A stretch of 64,000 bases of DNA from Octopus sinensis (Eukaryota). This document shows, piece after piece, positions 54,826 through 64,000 of this stretch. The notes under the pieces are model-generated. The model searched no databases, was not told the origin of the DNA, and saw only the letters and a list, made by a program, of their open reading frames with translations. How positions within the stretch are numbered: position 1 is the first letter of the stretch; the number at the start of each line of letters is the position of its first letter. The position numbers were made by a program, and so were the translations under genes. The stretch covers positions 50,592,001-50,656,000 of the forward strand of contig NC_043006.1 of assembly GCF_006345805.1 (NCBI RefSeq), read 5' to 3'.

Positions 54826-55389
54826 CATTCTTACTATATTTGTGCATACGGTCGTGTGTGTTTATTTACGCCGGTCTAAATAACCAAATTGTTTATGTTG
54901 ATTCCTTTTTACAGTCCATAACTTAACGGTACGACACATAGCATTTTATAAATATAAACCAGATTAAAATAGGTATGAAGTTTCCATATGATTGACGAGG
55001 CACTGGGAGTTCTAAATTTTAAACATACATAATACACCCACACATACACACGCACACATTTTCACACATGATAATGCTCACAAGGACATACTAAAGAATT
55101 TCTATAGACGCATAAATTATATTTAAGCATACGAAAGGAGATATACACCTTGATGTGGGTGCAAGCGTGGTCATATTGTTATTAAGTTCACTGTAAAGTC
55201 ATCATTGATTATACAGAATCGAATATTTATAACATTTTAACACTAATTTAGTGGATAATTATTTTGTCTTAACACTGTGGTACAGTGTTACAAGACTGGA
55301 AGCAACATGCACAGACACAAACACGCACAAACACATACACACATAAACACATACATAAATGTACCTGGTGCGTATTTCTATGTATCTAG

Positions 55390-55539
55390 GTATATATGTA
55401 TGAACATGTTTGCATATAAATATGTATGTATATATGTATGTACGTATTTATATATGTATGTATGTACGTACGTACGTATGTATGTATGTATGTATGTATG
55501 TATGTATGTATGTATTATGTATGTATGTATGTATGTATG

Positions 55540-55578
<39 letters not shown>

Positions 55579-55964
55579 ATGTATGTATGTATGTATGTAT
55601 GTATGTATGTATGTATGTATGTATGTATGTATGTATGTATAGTCTGATTCTATAGCCTGATTCTTCAAGATGGGGGAATTAGTATTATGATCTACAGAAA
55701 TATTCGAGCTACTCTCCCTATGCTAGTTGTTAGAGTCACGTTTCGAAGCAAAATATATGATCTTTTTATACTCTGGTTCAAATGGAACAAACTAATGGTA
55801 TGGCAAGTTCTTCAATAACTAAAACTAGAAACACAATCTCTCTCTGTCTCTCTTTCTCTCTCTCTCCCTGTTACCTTCATCCTTTCACTATCCCCCTCTC
55901 TCACCTTCACTATCCCCTTCTCTCTCTCTCTCACTTTCCCGTCAGCTCTCCATTTATATATATA

Positions 55965-56008
<44 letters not shown>

Positions 56009-56045
56009 TATACAGATAGACAGACAGATATATAGATAGACAGAC

Positions 56046-56125
<80 letters not shown>
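55390..56125. repeat. (TATG)n/(TG)n (55390-55640) and (GATA/GACA)n (55960-56125) microsatellites
   Basis: Direct reading. Confidence 0.95.
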
Positions 56126-56127
<2 letters not shown>

Positions 56128-56217
56128 GATAAAACTGCTTAAAGCCATTGCAATGCAAATTCTATAAAAAATTGAAGAGTAAACAGAAGTACAGAAGACG
56201 GTTTACATTTACTATCA

Positions 56218-56308
56218 CATTCCGATATTTCGAGGTCAAGACCCCTTTATCAACAGCGTATACCATTTCCTATTGTCAATACTGTTTTGACACCGAAATA
56301 TCGAAATG
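56218..56308. ncRNA. Pair of oppositely oriented degenerate HHR-like halves
   Basis: Minus: TTGATAA-a-GGGGTC(tt)GACCTC-GAAATATC. Plus: CATTTC...TGTCAA(tactgt)TTGACA-cc-GAAATATC-GAAATG, with the core lost. Confidence 0.35.
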
Positions 56309-56471
56309 TAAGTTTGTGTAAATAGTTATGTCTGCTTTCACGGCTTTATGTTGAATTCGCAATGTAATTCAATATATATAGTTCAAATTTATTGAAAAAC
56401 AAAAGACGACGACAGGTGTAGGAACGAGAAGCAAGTGTACTAGTTTCGCGCTCGGGAAAAATGGAAAAGTC

Positions 56472-56501
56472 TTTTACGTTTCGCGCCTACGCTCTTAGAA
56501 A
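56472..56501 (-). ncRNA. Minimal HHR with a 1 nt core deletion
   Basis: TTT-CT(-)AAGA-GCG(tagg)CGC-GAAA-CG-TA-AAA. Confidence 0.5.
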
Positions 56502-56828
56502 TAGAAATAAATAGAAATAAATAGAAAGAGAATAAAAAAAAACGTATTCTTTTACAAGTTACAATCATTTGACTGCGGCCAAGCATATAATTATATGGGC
56601 ACATAATAACATATTATTACATGCCCATATAATATGTGGAAATTGACGATTTAAAAGTCTGTTATCAGCATACTGGCATAGAAATAATTTTCTTTTTATA
56701 ATTTGTTTATAATTTTAACCTTTAAAGGTATTTCAAATTTTTTTCTGTATTAGAAGTATATATGTATATATATATGAAAAAACAAGTCAAAAATAGAAAA
56801 TGCTAAGGTAATTTTATAGTGAATCTTT

Positions 56829-56866
56829 CAGTACCGGTTTCGGTCATTTTGAGACCTTTTCAACTG
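56829..56866 (-). ncRNA. Minimal type I hammerhead, U3-A8 core, GUA site
   Basis: CAG-TTGAAAA-GGTC(tcaaaat)GACC-GAAA-CCGG-TA-CTG. Confidence 0.8.
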
Positions 56867-57493
56867 TAACGATTAAATAATTAACTTTAGAAAAATTAGA
56901 AGAAAAGTTTTTTTAAAAGAATATTTCTGTAGTAGTGTTCAGATATAAGTAGCATTCTGCCTTTCTCTGACTCCCTTGTTTGCACTTGTGTGTTCGAGGT
57001 CGTTTTGAGTTCTTGGTAGGATAGGTGAAGAATAATGAGGCTGATGTGGAGAGGGGGTGGGGAAATCTGGGAATGCCTTAATGGTCGTATTTTGAATGGT
57101 CAGTGGCTGACAGTAGTCGCAGTGCAATTCAGGAATCGTTTATGGAATTTGCGTAGGCGTTATACTGAAAGACATTAGTGACAAGGTTAAGAGGTGGAAG
57201 GTGGAGAAGTAGAAGAAGAAGAAGATGACGATGTTGATGATGATGATGATGAAGAAGAAGAAGAAGAAGAAGAAGAAGGAGAAGATGGTGGTGATGATGG
57301 TGGTGATGATGATGACGACAATGATGATGATAATGATGATGATGAAGAAGAAGAAGAAGAAGAAGAAGAAAGAAACAGAGAAGGGATAATATGAATGGGT
57401 GTAAGTATAGCTGTGATGGGGCTGATTAGTAATGGATTCTATGGATTCTATTTGTGTGTGTATATATTTCTTTTATTCTAAAGTTAAGGTATA

Positions 57494-58021
57494 TTAATTG
57501 TTTGTCGTAGACCCGTTAAGAAGTGGCTTGTATTTTGTAATAAAGAGATTTTCTTTACTTATTCGTTGTCTCGAGGTTGTATCGTCCCTAAATTGGTAGA
57601 GGGGGAAAATTCTGAAGTTTGGTGTTTTTTTGTTGGCGCAAGTATCTATGTGTTGGCTAAAAGCTATTTTTCTGTTTTGGGGAATTTTTATCTGGGATCT
57701 GTGCAGGGTCATTCGTTTACGCAAACCATTTTTTGTTTGGCCTATGTACTGCTCTTGACACCCGGAGCAGGTTAGTGAGTATATTAGGTTCTCCGAAGCA
57801 CATGTGAAGTTGCTTTTCACTGTAAACCGTTGTCCCTGTTTGAAGGAGAACTCAGATCCCTCAATTAGATGGTCGCATATCCCGCAATTGGGTCTTCCAC
57901 ATTTTTTTACTGTCGGCTTCTGTGTTGAAGAGTGAATTCGGGCTTGTGTAAGGAGACTTTTCATGGATCTAGGCTGTCTTTTGCTTTTTATGATCGTGTG
58001 TGTTTGGAGGATTGTGTTCAT
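57494..58021 (-). CDS. PLE GIY-YIG endonuclease (C-terminal part of the PLE ORF)
   Basis: CGRPNCGIC, NLIYSLTCSGCQEQYIGQTKNGLRKRMTLH, KENLFITKYKPLLN. Confidence 0.9.
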   Translation of the reverse strand: MNTILQTHTIIKSKRQPRSMKSLLTQARIHSSTQKPTVKKCGRPNCGICDHLIEGSEFSFKQGQRFTVKSNFTCASENLIYSLTCSGCQEQYIGQTKNGLRKRMTLHRSQIKIPQNRKIAFSQHIDTCANKKTPNFRIFPLYQFRDDTTSRQRISKENLFITKYKPLLNGSTTNN

Positions 58022-58267
58022 TCTGTGGTCTTTTTTTAGGAGGGGTATGTTGTGGAGGATGGTGTCGAAGGCTTCGTTATTGAGAGGGTTGTGTGTGGAG
58101 ATGTATGGTAAGGCTTTTGGTTGTAAGTTTTTCTTTGATTTGGGATGTCTCAGTTCCTTGATGTTAAGTTGAAGGTGGATAGTTCCTGGTGATAAGGGTA
58201 TCTTTTAGTTCTTGTAGTCGTGTGTCTCTGGTGTTTGCGTTAGAGACTATAGTGTATATCCTTTTTG

Positions 58268-58324
<57 letters not shown>

Positions 58325-58325
<1 letters not shown>

Positions 58326-58665
58326 TCTTTTACTCTTTTACTCGTTCAGTCAGGTGACTGTGGCCATGCTAGAACACCGCCTTTAGTCGAGCAAATCAAC
58401 CCCATGACCTATTCTTCGTAAGCCTACTACTAATTCTATCGGTCTCTTTTTAGTTACGGGAGCGTAAACACACCAGCATATATATATATTTACATATATA
58501 CGACGGGCTTCTTTCAGTTTCCGTCTACCAAATCCACTCACAAGGCATTGGTCGGCCCGAGGCTATAGTAGAAGACACTTGCCCAAACTGTCACGCAGTG
58601 GGACTGAACCCGGAACCATGTGGTTCGTAAGCAAACTACTTACCACACGGCCACTCCTACGCCTA
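58325..58665 (-). mobile_element. Family B SINE, internally deleted
   Basis: Homology to the other copies. Confidence 0.9.
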
Positions 58666-58674
58666 CATATACAT

Positions 58675-58774
<100 letters not shown>

Positions 58775-59257
58775 TTTGATAAGTATCGTCAATCATATGT
58801 GAGCCGAAGATCCAACCATCCAGAACATATACTGCGAAACATCCCAAGAAGCGTGTGCAACGGACTATCCAAGCTATCCGCGGACGCACAGATATTTCAT
58901 ATGCACACCGAATATTACAACTCAGCACTAGCTAAGGTGGGATATAAGGATTGATAGTATATATACAGATTAAGACGGAGAAGGCACAATATCAAGACAG
59001 CATCATTAATAGTAGAGGTAAATACGTAAATAACCTCAGAATACCTGAATCTAGAAAAACAGTCAATATGATAGGAACCACAAGGTAAATAAAAAAATTA
59101 TAACACTAAGAAGGATAGATATAAAGCAGAAGCCACAAAACAGCAACCAAAAGTAGAAAGAAGGGCACCCTTATACACAGATAGAAATAACGATAATAAA
59201 ACTGTAGAAGCAGAGGAAACAAAATACACTAACAAACCCAGTCTTCTTCATCGCCCT

Positions 59258-59561
59258 TTTCAAGCCTAGCCAGGCTCATGGGCCCGGTTTCCCGGTTTCT
59301 GTGGCGTATGTGCACACCCACCACAACCACCAGTTGGACGGGACGCCAGTCCATCGCAGCGTTACTCAAGAAACAGGAAGAGAGAGTGAGAGAAATTTGT
59401 GGCGAAAGAGTACAACAGGGGTCGCCACCACCCCCTGCCGGAGCCTTGTGGAGCTTTTAGATGTTTTCGGTCAATAAACACACAAAACACCCGGTCTGGG
59501 AATCGAAACCGCGATCTTCCGACCGCGAGTCCGCTGCCCTAACGAGTGGGTCATTGCCTCT
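59258..59561 (-). mobile_element. tRNA-Arg-like SINE with a V-domain-like middle
   Basis: Head with TCG anticodon loop and B-box GGTTTCGATTCC; GCTGCGATGGACTGGCGTCCCGTCCA resembles the V-SINE domain. Confidence 0.7.
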
Positions 59562-60460
59562 CCACAACAAACCCAATAGATACATTAAAACAAATGGAAA
59601 AATAAGGGACAAAATTATTTGGTTTAACCCAAATTTCAATTCGCAAATAAAATAGGTCGGGAATTTTTTGCAGCATTAGATAGGCACTCCTCAGTATCTT
59701 CCCAATATCACAAAATCATCAACCAGCATAACGTAAAATTAGCATACGTGACCTCTCACAATCTACAATACCACATACACAAATTTGATAATACAAAATT
59801 AAATAGAATAAAGCTGGAAGGGAAATACAGAGCAACCGTACATCATAACACAGTATACGTCGATGGAATGGCTAAAATAGAGGTGATAAAAGTTCATCAA
59901 AAGCAAAAATGGATCCAAACACCACCACACAATTAATTTACAGTCAAATCCATACATAAGGAAAATGAGTACACGATTACGGGAGGAAGAGGAAGGGGGA
60001 GAACTGCTGGGAGAACGGGAAAATATCACATGTAACTGCAAAAGTGGAGAGAAATGTAGGTTTAACAACAACTGCATGAAAAGAAGAATATAGTTTACAT
60101 AAGTGAGTTGAAGGCAGATACGCATATGTACATGTACAGTGGTGGCACCGGAGACACCATGAAGAATCGTTTGAGTAACCATCTTACATCATTTTGCAAT
60201 ATAAACAAAAGGCATTCCACATCAGTATCGAAGTCTGGAGGCTCAAGCAGAACGGTGTGGAGCATACGACCCGCTAGTCTATCATAAAAATGCTACACCA
60301 TACAACGGAACATCACGTGTATGCAACTTATGTCTAAAAGAAACTCTAGAAATCACCACATCCAGGGAAAATGTGAATAATAGACATTCATAAGTAATTG
60401 TATCATGTAAACATAAAAAGAAAACGTCATTTCTTGAATTCGAAAAAAACGCTTTGAAAC
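59562..60460 (+). mobile_element. Decayed second-family Penelope-like element
   Basis: KIIWFNP, HKIINQHNVKLAY, CNCKSGEKC, GGTGDTMKNRLSNHLTSF, CNLCLKETLEI; frameshifted. Confidence 0.8.
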
Positions 60461-60560
60461 AGAATATCAGCCGTCCTGGGCAGATTATAGAATAAGGAAG
60501 GAACACAAACAAACAAACTAGTGTTTAGGATGTTATACACTATACCACTGTACCACCAGA

Positions 60561-61569
60561 AAACCGTTCTCCCTGTTTGAAGGAGAACTCAGAACCCTCG
60601 ATTAGATAGTCGCATGCAACTTCACATGTGCTTCGGAGAACCTAATATACTCACTAACCTGCTCCGGGTGTCAAGAGCAGTACATAGGCCAAACAAAAAA
60701 TGGTTTGCGTAAACGAATGGCCCTGCACAGATCCCAGATAAAAATTCCCCAAAACAGAAAAATAGCTTTTAGCCAACACATAGATACTTGCGCCAACAAA
60801 AAAAACACCAAACTTCAGAATTTTTCCCCCTCTACCAATTTAGGGACGATACACCTCGAGACAACGAATAACTAAAGAAATCTCTTTATTATAAAATACA
60901 GGCCACTTCTTAACGGGTCTACGACAAACAATTAATATAGCTCAACTTAAGAATAAAGAAAATATATACACACACAAATATTACATTCCATAGAATCCAT
61001 TACTAATCGCCCCAAAACAGCTATATCTTCACCCATTCATATTCTCCCTTCTCTGTTTTTTTTTCTTCTTCTCCCTCTTCTTCTTCTTCTTCATCATCAT
61101 CGTTATCATCATCATCGTCGTCATCGTCATCACCACATCATCATCGTCATCTTCTCCTTCTCCTTCTTCTTCTTCATCGTCATCATCATCGGCACCGTCA
61201 TCTTCTCTTCTCTCTACTTCTCCACCTTCTAACCTCCCCCCACTATGTCTTTTAAGTATAACGCCTACGCAGCGACTGCCGGTCGCCACTGACCAGCCCA
61301 GATTTTCCACTCCCACCCCCTCAAAGAACTCACAGCGACCTCGAATACACAAGTGCAACAAGGGAGTCAGAGAGAGAATGCCACATATATCTGAACACTA
61401 CTATGGAAGTATTCCTTAAAAAAACCTTTCTTCTAATTTTCTAAATTTTTCAAATTTAATTATTTAATCGTTACAGTTGAAAGTGAAAAGGTCTCAAAAT
61501 GACCGAAAGCGGTACTGAAAGATTCACTATAAAATCATCTTAGCATTTTCTATTTTTGACTTGTTTTTT

Positions 61570-61570
<1 letters not shown>
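60561..61570 (+). mobile_element. Second copy of the 56765-type PLE with a 55 nt 5' inversion and a damaged HHR (61474-61517)
   Basis: 60616 onward matches the reverse complement of 57813 downward; 60561-60615 matches 57824-57878 in the forward direction. Confidence 0.9.
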
Positions 61571-62640
<1,070 letters not shown>

Positions 62641-63203
62641 AGGGAATAAATCCAAAATTTACGGGGAAAAAATCAGATTTGGATTAAATCCAATTTTATA
62701 GTAAAATATTATAAAATATTCCATTTCTCCGTTCATAATTTTAAGTGATGTCCGTTTTCTAGAGCGTGAATGTGGTTTGTATGTGTGTGTGTGGGAGTAT
62801 GAATAAGTATTGTGTTGAAGTATTTAGCTATTTTATTTATTTATAGTTGCCTAGACGTTTTTATGTGTATGTATAGGGATATATATATAGGTGTGTGATT
62901 TAGTGTATGTAGTTAGATATGGTTATATATAATTAGTTATATGTGTATGGGTGTATATATAGTTTATTATTATATTATTATTTTTTTTTGTTTTGTTTTA
63001 TATTTTATATTTTTATATTTTATATTTTATATTTAATTGTTGATAGGTTTATTTTAGTTTATATATTGTTTTATATATTGATTATATATGGATTATATAT
63101 AGGTTATATACGGATTATATATTTATATTTTTTCATTCATACTTTAATTATTTTAAAATTATTATTTTTATATTTTAAAATATTGATATTTTAGATTGGA
63201 AGT

Positions 63204-63246
63204 CCACCTGAAGATTGTCGATCAAGACAAGAAACAATTGTAGTGG
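63204..63246 (+). ncRNA. Canonical minimal type I hammerhead ribozyme, GUA site
   Basis: CCAC-CTGAAGA-TTGTC(gatcaa)GACAA-GAAA-CAATTG-TA-GTGG; lies in an AT-rich putative PLE terminal repeat (about 62640-63300). Confidence 0.85.
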
Positions 63247-63369
63247 CGGTTTTTTTGACTATTTATTAAAATTTTATGTATTGATTAAGTCTTTCCTTGT
63301 TTGTTTTGCAAAATAGTGGTTTTGTCTCTAATAATATTTTATATATATATTTATATATATATATATATA

Positions 63370-64000
63370 GTGCGTGACCTGGGCATTGACATGAGCAATG
63401 ATGCATCTTTCCAAATGCATATTGCTAATCTGGTGATAAAATGCAGACGGCTAGCTGGATGGATTCTCCGAACTTTCAGAACAAGAGAGAAGGAGACACT
63501 GATGGTCCTATGGAAAACATTTGTCCTCAGCCGCTTGGACTACTGCTCCCAACTTTGGTCACCACACTATATAAAACAAACAGCAGAACTCGAAGCAACT
63601 CAGAGAAGCTACACAAAGAAAAATCGTCTCAATGCAAAATGTCAGCTACTGGAAAGACTGAAGGTATTAAACCTCTTCTCCCTGGAGCGGAGGCGGGAGA
63701 GATATGCAGTGATATACATCTGGAAAATCCTGGAGGGTCTTGTCCCAAACTTTGGCATTCAAAGTTACTCCAACCGCAGAACGGGGCGCCGCTGCGTGGT
63801 GCCAAGGATTCCAACATCACCATCAAAATACAGGTCCAGATACTGCAACAGCTTGGGTTTCAGAGGTCCACAGCTCTTTAACATCCTCCCCTAAATGCCT
63901 GAGAGACTTACATGGTGTGGATGTGGGTTTCTTTAAAACTAAACTGGATCTCTTCTTGTTGGGAGTCCCAGATGAACCTACCTCACGACAGGAGACACGG
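63370..64000 (+). mobile_element. 5'-truncated LINE nearly identical to about 39134-39770, running off the window
   Basis: Only a few substitutions and indels versus the 36.4-39.9 kb copy. Confidence 0.95.

Larger units (their letters stand above)
56765..58268 (-). mobile_element. 5'-truncated Penelope-like element (RT thumb, GIY-YIG, 3' repeat with HHR)
   Basis: GIY-YIG ORF, internal (TTC/ATC)n tract, HHR near the 3' end, both ends in TA repeats. Confidence 0.9.

Overview
AT-rich metazoan genomic DNA, inferred to be Octopus because the tRNA-derived SINE families match my recollection of octopus SINEs (not database-checked). It is almost entirely transposon remnants and microsatellites. Retroelements: six CR1/L2-group LINE copies (one near full length, with a CCCH-finger ORF1), a Tx1/L1 fragment, about 20 SINEs and several Penelope-like elements (PLEs) or their terminal repeats. 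DNA transposons: mariner (one full length with TIRs and TA TSD), decayed hAT and Helitron pieces. The main hidden signal is about a dozen type I hammerhead ribozyme (HHR) motifs in at least 6 unrelated sequence contexts, mostly in PLE or retrozyme-like repeats. Several carry a compensatory U3-A8 core instead of C3-G8. Four of these insertions have 5' inversions, one with clean twin-priming geometry. LINEs and a SINE share a 3' tail with a covarying stem-loop. A possible minus-strand host gene is suggested by three phase-compatible exons at 24.9-26.5 kb. No prokaryotic genes, rRNA or CRISPR array are supported. Element boundaries are approximate unless TIRs or motifs are quoted.
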